Assembly (NCBI RefSeq): GCF_023055435.1
Contig: NW_025964279.1
Coordinates: forward strand, 1,550,001 to 1,614,000
Direction: 5' to 3'
Length of the DNA: 64,000 nucleotides
Origin: Haliotis rufescens
Lineage: Eukaryota
The position numbers and the translations under genes are program-made. The stretch's first letter is position 1, and every line of letters begins with the position of its first letter. Of this stretch, positions 50,125-62,567 are shown one piece after another. Under the pieces are notes generated by a model that was given only the letters and a program-made list of their open reading frames with translations, did no database searches and had not been told where the DNA came from.

Positions 50125-51010
50125 GCAATACCAGTATGTATTACTTGTGTTATGGAGATGCCTATGTATAATACTAGTATGTCGTGTAAGGTATCTGTTC
50201 ATAAAGAATACTTGCATGCACAGTTTTGTTGCTGCATATATAATACTACAACGCTCTGTTATGCATATTTAACACTATTATGCTGTGCGATGTAGATGAG
50301 TGAGTGAGTGAGTGAATATAGTTTTACGCCGCTTTTAGCAATATTCCAGCAATATCACGGCGGGGGACACCAGAAATGGGCTTCACACATTGTACCCATG
50401 TCGGGAATCGAACCCGGGTCTTCGGCGTGACGAACGAACGCGCTGTAGATGAATATCGCCATCACAGTTATGTTGCCACATACATGTATATATGACTAGT
50501 AATCTCTGTTGTATATGGGAGAGGCAACGTGTAAAACATTTATATTCGATTTGTTTTTACTTACGAAACATCTGTATGCTCTATTTCATCACGCGGTGAC
50601 TGTAAATGATGGGATTAAGAGAGTAGGGAAATCAATGACATTGTATATTTTCAAAATGACTGGCTTCTAATCCAGACATAATGAGTCTTTTGTGACGTTT
50701 TGAACCCTTTTGAAATTCATAATAGCTTTTAGTCAATTTGACGGAAAATGATTGTAACATATACATGCATGTTAAGCTATCATGTTATGAAGATTCATTT
50801 GTAAACCTTGTAGAATCAGTTATGTAGATGCATATATAATACTGTTATGTTATCATGTTATGTAGATGCTTATAAACACCTGGTACGCTGCCATGTAGAT
50901 GAAAAAATAATACTAGTATGCTATTATGACTTATGAAGATGCATGTATGATACTAGCTAGTATGCTCTGTTATGAATACGCGTATATAATACCATCATGT
51001 TGTGTGATAG
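50125..51010 (+). repeat. Degenerate AT-rich ~35-39 bp minisatellite (two patches)
   Basis: Recurrent GTTATGTAGATGCATATATAATACTAGTATG-like units at 50125-50296 and 50760-51010. Confidence 0.6.
50300..50439 (-). mobile_element. SINE family A, 5'-truncated
   Basis: TSD GCG[A/C]TGTAGATGA. Confidence 0.92.
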
Positions 51011-51048
51011 TGTGTTTCTCAGATCATCCATGTTCACTTGGCTGATGA

Positions 51049-51153
51049 GTGAGTGAGTATGGTTTTACGCCGCTTTTAGCAATATTCCAGCAATATCGCG
51101 GCTTCACACATTGTACCCATGTCGGGAATCGAACCCGGGTCTTCGGCGTAATC
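51049..51153 (-). mobile_element. SINE family A, truncated and deleted
   Basis: 12-bp TSD CTTGGCTGATGA. Confidence 0.9.
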
Positions 51154-51519
51154 CTTGGCTGATGATACCTGGTTAACGAAAGATGATAAGTCACGAGTAT
51201 GGAGATTGTTTCTTTCGTTTTATTTGCATAGTTGTGGGGTAAAGTGAGGTATATTTTCGCCACTTTTAGCTAAGTTCCAGACATGGTGACCAACAATCAC
51301 TGCACTCATATGACGATTCGAACCCGGCATGACGAATCGCAAGTTACCAACTTTCTCATATTGTTTTATCTCAGAGTCTCTTATATCATTGAAATTTGTA
51401 ACAGTTATCGTCTTAAAATCCAAGTTTATTCCATTTTTCGCAATTTTGGTTCTGAAGACATTTAAACCGGGAATGTAAAAATATCGCCCAATTAACAAGG
51501 ATTCCCATCAAGGTAACAA

Positions 51520-51630
51520 GGGGCGATAGGGTAGCCTTGTGGTTAAAGCTTTCGCTGGTCACGGCCAATACCTGGGTTCGATTTCTCTTAATGGTACAAT
51601 GTATGAAGCTAATTTCTGATGTCTCCCGTC
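51520..51630 (+). mobile_element. Degenerate family A SINE
   Basis: GGGTAGCCTTGTGGTTAAAGC..GGGTTCGATT. Confidence 0.7.
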
Positions 51631-51804
51631 ATTTTTCATTTTGTTGTCTTAAGAGGAACTAATAGGTCTGGATAACAAGTTCAACGCGAAATACCCCAAC
51701 TTGTGAGGCAAGAAAATCAATGGTTTGACAATATCTGTGCCGACTCATATCGCAATAATCGCATTGTTACAAGTTTAGGTTTTAGTGACCATTTTAAATA
51801 ACTG

Positions 51805-52190
51805 CCGGGAGGTCTTAGTTAATTGGGTCATTCTGGCACTTACCGTGACGATCTGACTTGATGGTGGTTCAGGGGTATCTGACACCAAATCGATACATCG
51901 ACCAAATTCTTCAACGTCATCGATTATCAACCGACATTGGGAGCTGTTTCAACAAAACAACAATAAACCACACACATCTCGTGTCACTGTTGACATCCTT
52001 GATAATTCAAACGTCAATGTCTCGCCATTGCCTTCCTTTGATCTCCGGATATAAACCCGATAGTGTATCTGTCGGATGAACTCGATAGACGTGTACGTCA
52101 ACGTCAACATACGCCACAGACACTTGCACAAATGGCCAACGCGTTGCAGCCGACAACACCCTCCCACCTTGTGGACGTACGTGACATGTA
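51805..52190 (+). mobile_element. Tc1 transposase relic (catalytic domain)
   Basis: VVQGYLTPNRYIDQIL, ELFQQNNNKPHTSRVT, SPDINPI..DELDRRVR; frameshifted. Confidence 0.88.
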
Positions 52191-53524
52191 ACAAGACAAT
52201 CAGACAATCAGTATTGTCATTATGTTCACAGAACAAGTGACTGTCACCATGCCATGTTGCATCAGCTAGCCTATGCTTTTCTTTTTTTGAAGAGTGTTTT
52301 AGTTTAATTCACTCTTAATGAGGTGCCTTTTGAGTATTTAAACAAAATTAATGTCCGCAGCTTAATTCAGAGACCGCTTCCAGTTTCCTTATTTATACAA
52401 CATACGACATAATGTCTTGGTGTTCTTTGATTGCAGCCGAGCCATCGCTGATCGTTGTTCACAGGCGCTGATTTCCCCGTTCATGATCCTCTGTCCGTCA
52501 ACAATATACTCGTGAGTTTCCACAAGTTAGTAAATGTCTCACTTGGGGACTGCAAGCCAAATATATATGGCATGTCGTATTATAGTTGAACCTCTGTGCA
52601 GTATTAAACCCAACTCATTATCATTTCCGAATGCCAAATGTTGAACTGAAGCGTGTTGTTTCATTTAAGCTAATACAGTCTACCTGATTTCTAGTTTCGA
52701 TCATTCTTGATATTCCACAGCAGCTTTCGTTGAAAACACAAGGTGTTCTTGAATTGGTGATAATTGTTTGGTTGGCAGTGATCATTTACATTAAACTGCC
52801 TTCAAAGCCCCTGAAATGGTTCGTTTTACAACTGTCTTCTTGTTGAAAGTCTCCACAAAAATGTTACTGTCTGTGTTTCTGTGATTAAAAACTTCAAGTT
52901 TGTAGAAAGTGGATTACCGATATGTGTCAAATCAATGAGCATACTTAATAGATTATGCATAATGTATCTCCGTTTCAGGACCGATTTTCTTGCTGCCATT
53001 CCATGTTAAACAGAATGCATCCAATGCGTTAAACAACAAACAAAAGAAAGAACTCAAAATGGATGCATCAATGAGAATGCCACAGTGGCTGCACATTTCA
53101 GTCCAATCAATAGCAGTTCTGTCTTCTGAACTGCAATTTCGAAAAAACGCACTTTTTGAAAGTGAACAGGGAAAAAGATACAATCGTTAACGTACAAAGT
53201 ACCGCACACCCATTAAGCTAACATGGCGTGTAATAATTGATGTAACGTTTATGGCAGCGTTAACACCAACTCAGTCACAAAAAAATACGGAAATGTCGCT
53301 CCGACGTAACACTCAAATTTGTGTTTTACGCTATTTTCATTTTCCATTTTGAATAAGACCGTTAATTCAACCAAATCCTCTGTTCACGATGACCAGACAT
53401 CAACAATTGTAAAACGTCACCACAATTCACCAGCAAATTTCGTAAGACCCCGACTATCGTCTCTGTCCAGTTCAATTCTTTATTGTATGAAAGGACACAG
53501 GCCCACAAACAACGGAGTTAAATA

Positions 53525-53760
53525 GTGAGTGAGTGAGTTGGGTTTAACGCCGCTTTTAACAGTATTCCAGTTATATCACGGCGTGTCAGCTTAATGTGGG
53601 AGGAAACCCACGAGCACGGGTATGGTGCTGACAAACCAAGAAACATAATCGGGGCAAACCGGGATTCGAACCCACAATCCTAGGTTTCTGGCTTGCCCAA
53701 GGGACCTAACTCTGCACGGCGACTCGCGGTGCCTTAGACGACCGGGCCACCCGTGCCCCC
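53525..53760 (-). mobile_element. SINE family B lacking the V-domain hairpin
   Basis: Perfect 13-bp TSD ACGGAGTTAAATA; the hairpin is deleted between two TTTC motifs. Confidence 0.93.
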
Positions 53761-54029
53761 ACGGAGTTAAATAACACATTTTATAAGATACAAAGTCAAG
53801 GTAGCAAACATGGCTTCACTGCTGGGAATGCCTTTCAAAGCTTCAGTGACATAATTAGCAGTGTTGTGTTCAAAACTGCGTTTTCAATGACAATCAACCG
53901 GGTAAACAAGGAACAGTCGACATTAAACTCACATGCCGTGTAAAAGTTGATATAACGTTCATGTGGCATAAACCCCTACTTCATCACAATGACTTGAATA
54001 TCGATAGGTGTTTTAATGAACCGCGTCAA

Positions 54030-54262
54030 CAAGGCCCAGTCCCCTGAGGGGCAGAAATTCGCTGCCCAGAGTTGCGTCCCTTTGGCACGCCAGAAACCTA
54101 TGATCGTGAGTTCGAATTCCGGTTCGCCCCGATTGTTTTCTAGGATTGACCAAAGTGTTAAACATCTGAGACCCTCATCACTTCGGGCTTTCCTCCTACA
54201 ATAAGCTCACTCGACGTGATAAAACCTAAACACTCTTCTTAGCGGCGTTAAACCCAACTCAC
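54030..54262 (+). mobile_element. Diverged family B SINE
   Basis: AGAGTTGCGTCCC..CCAGAAACCTATGAT..tail. Confidence 0.8.
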
Positions 54263-54329
54263 CCCCACCCACTAGGAAGGGGTGTGTACAGATACGCGAT
54301 GGAATTGAGCGTTGAAAGATAGTGTGGGA

Positions 54330-55720
54330 TGAGTGCGGATGGATATGTATATTGAAGTATCACTTCACATCATGTCTCGGTAAGCTCTTTGAAAAAATAC
54401 TGCTCAAACGTATAGAAGACAAACTGTGTTGGCTTAAACAAGATCGTCCTGATATTTTACAGTTTGGTTTTAGAAAATAACACTGAGCTATTATGTCAGT
54501 ATTGACTTTGATCGAAGGCATTCCATAATGCATACACACATAAGGGACACTGCAGTCTTTGTTGCTCTCTTGGTAATGAAAAAGCATTCAATAGAATATG
54601 GCACGACAGATTATTTTACAAAAATACACGAGCTGGGCATTAACGGTAATACATGGAATTTACTTGTTATACAAATAGTTATGCTTTTATTTCCCATCAA
54701 GGAAACAATCAGATAAATGTTTCTCATCAAGATGTATGCCAAGGCAGAGTAATCTCTGCATGGTTTTATCTTGTTTTTATCAATGATCTTATTACAGCCC
54801 TTAGATAAGCACAATGTGGCATTCGTGCATGTGGTATTGATATTCCCACATTCGTGCTTGCCGACGATACTACACTTCTTAGCTCATCACCGAGAAGCGT
54901 ACAGTCGACTCTGGTTAGGGCAGATATTTCTAATGAATATGGAATCGGTTTTGTCGCTTTAATGTAGAAACATCCCTTGATATTGTACATACATAGGCCT
55001 CAAGGTGGCGCCTACCATATAATCCATCAAAAAGCGCAATAATTGGGTTCTCCAAAGCAAAACGCAAAGGGCATAGCTTGGTGATACTCACATTACCTAC
55101 GGCTGATTCTACGGTGTATGATGGGATACTCTTAACGTATATCTTGCTTGTAAAACTATAATTGGAAAGTTCTGTCACAAAGAAAAAGAAAAATTTAAAT
55201 CTTTAAGATCTTTAGGCTTAAATAGTTATTGATCTTCGTCCAATTTCAAGCGTAAGAATATGGCTCAGAATGATACTCGAAACAAGCCACTATGGATGTG
55301 AATTACTATCTGACATCAAGGGTCAACATGCTGATCTGTTGGAAGGCACGCACATATATTGTGCATGTATTGTGCAGAGTATTGATTAAAGATCTCCTTC
55401 GGATTCCACTATTGCGTATCTTGGACTTTGGACAATTCCTGCATATATTGACAAATGCAAACTTTTATTTCTTATATGTTTGTGTGCGTCCATTGCAAGC
55501 CCCGTCAAAGACAGTATGTGGAGAACTTAAATCAACGCTTGATAAATCCAATTTGGGTAGCATCCTTTGATCATACAGTTCCACATTATTTTACATTGTG
55601 AAACGCTTGCATCAGAAAGAAATGTATTTTCCTCTTCTCTCATTGACTTACTAGATGGATATGGATGTAATGAGTGTATGGATATGGTTGGTATCAGTGC
55701 CTGAATATAATCGTTGTTGA
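54330..55720 (+). mobile_element. Degraded non-LTR retrotransposon RT (RTE-X-like)
   Basis: ITLTSCLGKLFEKILLKRI, LQFGFRK, KKAF..WHDRLFYKIHELGINGNTWNLL, QGRVISAWFYLVFINDL, LADDTTLLS; many stops and frameshifts. Confidence 0.85.
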
Positions 55721-56674
55721 ATATAATGGGAATCATTCCCGGTGGCTATGACTTGGATGATTCTGATGGGACAACATAATTATCTTAAAGTGGCATTTTA
55801 GCAGCTGTCACACGTCATAATCAACCCATTTGAATTATAGAAATAATTGCAACAGTCTCTGTTCCGTTTCGTTAAGACTCTAGTAGATTCATCAAAGTTG
55901 ATAAAGGTAACTGCATCTGTTCTGAAATGTCGCATTGAAAGAATAAGATGGCTAAAGAAAACATGGGTGTGTCGAAAATATTTTCAAAACCAATCAGTAC
56001 AAATCATCTGTTATGTCACGAAAACACATAAAGATGCTGCTTGGCAAACTCACTTGCGTGCAAGTCTTCACTTTCCTCATGCTTACCAACCAATCAGTTA
56101 ATCATTTATATCATTTTTCTAGATGTTAATAATGTTATTGCGTCGTGAAATTTCACTTCAAAGAAAGAAAATGTAAATGTTAAAACGAACGGGATACTTA
56201 ATGGATTCTGAAAAAACAATAACAGTAATCCTGCACTTATATATCAAAAGAATAGAAACATGTAGGCAAGGCATGAAATACATCCACAAGGGCTGTTCAA
56301 CATCTGGACATATCCGTCGAGAGTTCAAGCTCATTTGATCCTTCTATCTCGTTGATGTACGGAAGACGGGTGTAGTGGGATACATGTAATAGCCATGTCC
56401 TTCCTAAAGGTGAAATACCTCCGCCACAAGAGCCATCACGTTCAGTTCTCCTACATATAAATGGACATATAAATGAATTTATTATGGAGGCACGTCAAGA
56501 GAGAACACAATTCTCTGTGCGGAATCCCAAGTGGAGCTGCATTTGACCATGGTCATCATGTGGATTCTTTCGGCAACATAAAGTTGTCATGTATCGGTGA
56601 GGTGAGGTGAGGTGAGGTGAGGTGAGGTGAGGTGAGGTGAGGTGAAATGGGGCTCAACGTTCAAGACTCATTGC

Positions 56675-56834
56675 NNNNNNNNNNNNNNNNNNNNNNNNNN
56701 NNNNNNNNNNNNNNNNNNNNNNNNNNNNNNNNNNNNNNNNNNNNNNNNNNNNNNNNNNNNNNNNNNNNNNNNNNNNNNNNNNNNNNNNNNNNNNNNNNNN
56801 NNNNNNNNNNNNNNNNNNNNNNNNNNNNNNNNNN
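56675..56834. other. Assembly gap (N-run)
   Basis: 160 N. Confidence 1.
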
Positions 56835-56911
56835 CTCCAGACTAAGTGCTACCAGTGCCTACTTTATAGTGCTAGCTCACTGAGATACCATGCCGCAGTT
56901 TAACATGACTA

Positions 56912-57354
56912 ACTTATGTTAAATGTGAACCTTATTTGTCATTCTTCAATTCGCAAAATATGAAAACAACCCTCACGAGATTCAGACTGTGTTGTCATAC
57001 TTTGGAAATTGAGAATGGACGTCATTATAAAATCCCAAGAAATTTAAGAAAATGCAAACTTTGTAAATTAGACTGTGTTGAAACCGAGTACCACTTCCTG
57101 CTTATTTGTCCATCGTATGTCAAGTTACGGCAACTATATCTCAAAGCAAAGTTCTATTGTCATCCTAACATTCATAAATTTAATATGCTTCTGTTATCAC
57201 CAGATACATATATTATTACAAATCTAGCAAAATATCTATATTATGCAAATGAAGTAAGAAATGCGAAACTGAAAGCTTAAAACCTGTCTGTACTCAACTT
57301 ATGTACACAAAGGACTGTGGCCTATATGTATTGGAAATAAAATGAATGAAATGA
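56912..57354 (+). mobile_element. 5'-truncated RTE-X-like LINE 3' end (C-terminal zinc knuckle)
   Basis: Uninterrupted LTRFRLCCHTLEIENGRH..RKCKLC..ETEYHFLLICPSY..LR, stop at 57280, AATAAA, (TGAA)n tail, TSD ATGACTA. Confidence 0.88.
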
Positions 57355-57652
57355 ATGACTACCCCACGAAGACACAGTATACTGACTTCAAGCACACCAG
57401 TTCTTGTTTTAGCCCCCTAATGCCGAGCGCCAGGCAGAGTAAAAACAAATACCATCTTGCAACGTCACTTGGTATGACGCGGCCGGGGATCGAACCCCCG
57501 ACCTTCCGCGCTCCGGGCAGACGCTTCATGTATCGAGTTCGAGTTGGCGCGGCCTCGTTGTGTGGTCTGTCAATAGCTTGAAGTATCCGTTGTTCGTGTC
57601 TTCGACTTTACCCATTATGGTACAACATCAACCTTGTCAAAGTTCAACGCCT

Positions 57653-58003
57653 GGCCGCCTCCGTGGTCTAGTGGTAGAGCGTCCGCCCGAAAAGCGGAAG
57701 GTCCGGAGTTCGATCCCCGGCCGCGTCATACCAAAAGACGTAAAAAGATGGTACTTGTTGTTACCCTGTCTGGCGCTCGGCATTAAGGGGCTAAAACAGA
57801 GACTGGTCGGCTCGGAGTCAGTATACTGTGTCTGAGTTGGGTATTCATGTTAAACTGCGGCATGGTATCTCAGTGAGCTAGCGCTATAAAACGGCACCAG
57901 TCCGGTCTAGTACAAGCAGCCACACACACACACACGTGCATGAACGTCGCTATATAAGTGCAATCTTGGACGCGACGTTAAACCCCATTTCACCTCACCT
58001 CAC
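57653..58003 (+). mobile_element. SINE family D (Meta/MESC), full length
   Basis: A-box TGGTCTAGTGG, B-box GTTCGATCC, Meta core, (TCACC)n tail. Confidence 0.93.
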
Positions 58004-58789
58004 GTTAAGCCACAACTGTCTAACATGACTCGAGGACGACCACGTGTACATCACTAGTAATGATACTGAAACAGTATTAGTTTTCAGGAGGTTCTATGAT
58101 CTCATTTGAACAAGGAATTCCTTTTTTGCTCTTTACAGATGAAGTTACGTTAAGACGAGCATTATACACAGCGGTATACATGTAGCCATCAATCATCGCT
58201 GTAAGATGAACATCATGTAATATGGCAGGGAATAATGGCCCTTTTGCTTCAACTCTTTTAATAAATAATAGATGGTTAGATGCATATGGGGAATTTAAAG
58301 GACAGTGCTTGGAGGATAAAAAACGAACAAACATGCTCACATTTGGGTTCAGCGAGAAAGGAAGACTCAATGTGGTTGTTTTAGGTTGTTTTGGTACACG
58401 AATGTGATATGATGTTCTGAGACAACAACAGTCGTACAATATCGTCATACATGGTAAATAACCATACAGGTCGGCATCTGGCACCCTTTCCCTTTGCGTT
58501 ATCTTCTAGCTGAAGGTTGGTAATTATTCTCTGAAGGTTAATACTATTTTATGATATATGGAGTAAGACTCAGGTAACATATTTCAATTGGTATGAGAAG
58601 AATCGGTAGGTGAATATGAGGACCTGAATTTATCGCACGGCAGTACATTTATGTTAAATTGATTTTTCCAGCTAAAGTAACGTTACGTAAAGCATTATAA
58701 GCGGGAAAACAATCGATATTCGCGGGAGGATTTAATATACACGTAGCAATAGAATAATGACCCCTTTGCTCCAACTCTTTCATCAATGA

Positions 58790-59066
58790 GTGAGTGAGTG
58801 AGTTGGGTTTAACGCCGCTTTTAACAGTATTCCAGTTATATCCCGGCGTGTCAGCTTAATGTGGGAGGAAAGCCCGAAGTGATGCGGGTCTCAGACGTTT
58901 ACCACTTCGGTGAAACCCACGAGCACGGGTATGGTGCTGACAAACCTAGAAACATAATCGGTGCGAACCGGGATTCGAACCCACAATCATAGGTTTCTGG
59001 CGTGCCCAAGGGACGCAACTCTGCACAGCACTCTGCAACCTTAGACGACTGGGCCACCCGTGCCCC
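58790..59066 (-). mobile_element. SINE family B, near full length
   Basis: Perfect 13-bp TSD CTTTCATCAATGA. Confidence 0.95.
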
Positions 59067-59512
59067 CTTTCATCAATGACTGTGGTCAGATGCTAATGGG
59101 TAATTCCAAGAACCCTGCTCACATTTAGGTTCGGCGAGAAAGGAAGGCTAGAATTAATAAATGTTTATGATGTTGTAGTACATATATGCATCTCTCACCT
59201 TTCTCTACACTTTCTAACGGATATGTGAGATAATGTTCTGATACAACAAATGTCCCTGCAGGGGTCTCGAACTCTTTTATCTTCGTATTTTATTCTGAAG
59301 ATTAGTAATATTATTCTCTGAATGTTGATACTGTTTAATTATATTTGGAGGAAGATTGAGAGGAAATCTGGGCATTGTTTATCTGATGTCTGTGGAGAAT
59401 GCGGGGAAAATCGGTAGAATAGACCCACAGGCCAGCATACCCTTCTTAATGTTACTACCGACTAAAATGTTATGACTGAATTTTAGCCTCTCGTGTCTCA
59501 TATTCTGGACAC

Positions 59513-59796
59513 GTAAAAGGCGACTATGCTTGTCGTAAGAGGCGAGTATGCTTGTCGTAAGAGGGGACTATGCTTGTCGTAAGAGGCGACTATGCTTGTC
59601 GTAAGAGGCGACTAACGGGATCGGGTGGTCAGGCTCGCTAAATTGGTTGATGCATGTCATCGATCCCAATCGCGTGGATCGATGCTCATGATATCAATCA
59701 CTGGACTGTCTGGTCCAGATTCGATTATTTACAGACCGCCGTCATATAGCTGGAATATTGCTGAGTGCGGCGTTAAACAACAAACCAACCAACCAA
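59513..59796 (+). mobile_element. Family C with expanded 22-bp hairpin array
   Basis: Perfect 15-bp TSD TCATATTCTGGACAC; (TATGCTTGTCGTAAGAGGCGAC) x4 plus a partial unit. Confidence 0.95.
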
Positions 59797-60114
59797 TCAT
59801 ATTCTGGACACCCCCGGAAATACAAAAACGTTAAGGTTATCCCTGATGAGGTTTTATTGTACCACAACCTAAACATTAGGGTGTCTTTTGACATCACAAA
59901 TTGACTGGATCAAGTAATCACACGTACGAATCCGAAGTCAAATGAAACATATTGCCAGAGTTATTTTATTTATGATCTATATATGGCAACTCCAAACTTA
60001 AACAAATCACTTTGTCCACCAGGGTGCCGTTGTATATATAAAACAACCTTAGCGCTACGACTGTCATAAGTCTTTGTTAAGGTATGGGAGTTACGATCCC
60101 CTTAGCGGTAAGAT

Positions 60115-60245
60115 CCAGTGATTGATATCATGAGCATCCATCCACGCAATTGGCATCGATGACATGCATCAACCACGTCAGCGAGCCTTACCACCCGATC
60201 TCTTAGTCGCCTTTTACGACAAGCATTGTAGCATTTTACGACAAA
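60115..60245 (-). mobile_element. Family C fragment
   Basis: CCAGTGATTGATATCATGAGCATC..TTAGTCGCCTTTTACGACAAGCAT. Confidence 0.8.
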
Positions 60246-60674
60246 AACGTCTCATTTTATATTGCGATTACAAGCAATATAGTTAGACACTACATCAGAG
60301 ATCGAATGCAAAAGATTACATGAAATACTACTGTTACACCTATTTGAGTTGATTTACACCAGATTTGAAGTGGTAATTTTACGTTGTATAGTATTGTCCA
60401 TTTGATATGCACACGGGCATCTTTGCTGAAATGTAATGATCCCCCGATAACTGTGCCTTGTCATGAGAGAATCACAGTTAAACAAATCCATTCAAAGGGA
60501 TAACGATTTTGAAATCATATACAAAGGACCCTTTTAAGGTCAACACGCATTTAGTCACTTGTGATTTGAGAGATTTTGAATAAACTGATTTAAAAAACAT
60601 ATGTTTTGTAAGATGTAAATGATCTGATGATTAGTTACTGAGATTGTTAGTGGCTGTACACACGAAGGGGATTA

Positions 60675-61660
60675 CACTCTTTAAAAAATGAAACGCACAG
60701 GTAGTATGTTATTCATTGAACCTGACTACACAAAAAATCCGGTATATAAATTAGATATATGTTATTGGAAAATGTTGGTGGCCTGATATTTGACAAACGG
60801 TGAGTCAAAACACTGCCATTGTCGATTTTCAATGTCTTAAACGGCATTGTTTTCACACTTTTTCAAAAATGTCATGGAGGAAAACAGTAAAGCAAAATGC
60901 ACGTTCAATTTATGGCGTTCGTAGCTCGTGGTAGTGGCTGTAAAAAGGCAAGCATAAGCCAATAATTTGTCATTCAACTGTCAACATTTTTCAAGTCCGA
61001 AAATGCCGAGACCGTGTCCAAAGAGGGGAATCGCGGTATTCTGTTGCACGTCACTTCAACGTCCACCATAGCACCATTTGCCGCCTTTGGGACCGATACA
61101 CACAGTTCAATTCCACTGCAGACCGCCAGAGAACCGGCCGACCAAGAGCTACGGAGACTGCAGGACGCATCGGACATCGGACCAGTCTGCCAGGAACCAT
61201 CTTCGCGAGGCTGGAATCCGACCCAGAAGACCAGTTATCGTCCCTGTTTTGCAACAGACCCATCGACAGCGACGCTTGCGTTGGTGCCATACCTTACAGC
61301 CTTGGAATTTGAGCAACTGGAGACGAGTGTGGTTTAGGGATGAATAACGATTTCTTCACCGGCGAGATGGAAGACAACGTGTTTATCGTCGTCGAAATGA
61401 GCGTTTTGCCCCACATTGTGCACGTGAAATCGACAATTTCGGTGGCGATAGTGTCATGGTGTGGAGGACCATATCCTACACCACGAGATCTGACTTGGTT
61501 GTTGTTCAGGGATATTTGACAGCAAATGAATCAAATTCTTCAATCCACCTTCTTCTAATCGTTGACGGCCAGAGGGAGCTGTTTCAACAGGACAACGCTC
61601 CACCGCACACAGCTCGTGTCACGGTAGACTACCTTCATAATGCCAACATCAAAGCCACTC
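60675..61660 (+). mobile_element. Tc1-like DNA transposon relic (left end plus broken transposase)
   Basis: TA-CACTCTTTAAAAAATGAAACGCA end; VARHFNVHHSTICRL (HTH), RTGRPR, WRRVWFRDE, GGDSVMVW, FQQDNAPPHTAR. Confidence 0.92.
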
Positions 61661-61771
61661 ACTACCACTACCTTCATAATGCCAACATCAAAGCCACTCA
61701 CTACCACTACCTTCATAATGCCAACATCAAAGCCACTCACTCACTCACTCACTCACTCACTCACTCACTCA
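61629..61771 (+). repeat. 39-bp tandem repeat x3 plus (TCAC)n
   Basis: Unit CTACCTTCATAATGCCAACATCAAAGCCACTCACTACCA. Confidence 0.95.
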
Positions 61772-62567
61772 TCTTATAGGTGGAAAATCTAGACTAGTTT
61801 TTCGCCTGTAGTGGTAATTGATATTTCTTTGATTTTACAAGTATTCTATATTATTGATGATTATTCCAGTTGTGTAACGTAACGTGCATTTCCACATATA
61901 GTTGTATATTCGAAGATACGTCAGACATCATACTTAAAGGCGTCCATTCTATGTGTTAACACAGCGTGGTTTTCGTCCAGGTGGAATTGAAGGAACAGAC
62001 AGACATATACACAGATGGGTAAAGTGGTAGACTGACTGCTTATTCTCTTAAGTGTGGAGGCAATGCCACGGACACATGTTGAATAGTTCCCGTGATTATA
62101 ACTGACTGGAGGGTTGATAGTTATTTGCACCAACATGGTGTTAAGCCAGCAAAACGCCATGCATAGCTCAACAATTTAAAAAAATGAAATCGTTCTAAAA
62201 TATTCATAAGCTGTCCAATCTTTCACAACTTGCTTCCTAGAAAGATGTATTCATTTTGAATGGTAATACAATGACATTTACATCGCATAACGGCCTGGTG
62301 AATAGTGTTTTATCTGCAAACATGATAGATTTTCTGACAGAAGATGATTTTAAAAAGACCATGAGCATAATTAAAATAAATATTGGTCCTTTAGGACTGT
62401 TTTACACAAACCTTTCTAGTTTTGAATATGTACCAGTTTTTATCATTCACTGTTGTAAATCTCCTTTGAATTAAAAACTGTATGTTCAAAGTGTGAGATT
62501 ATATTATCCATATTTTTATCGTGGGTATGTCAGTAGAATTATGAAGAAAGAATGGTAAATATGATGA

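Larger units (their letters stand above)
56597..57525 (-). mobile_element. SINE family D, 5'-truncated, interrupted by a gap and a LINE insertion
   Basis: (GGTGA)n tail, TSD TCATGTATCG. Confidence 0.88.

Noticed and set aside
52685-53190. Exon-like segments with acceptor motifs on both strands
   Set aside because: In-frame stops or no recognisable protein, and no consistent multi-exon model.
59513-59615. CRISPR-like array
   Set aside because: Repeats are contiguous with no spacers, lie inside a eukaryotic retroposon, and there are no cas genes.
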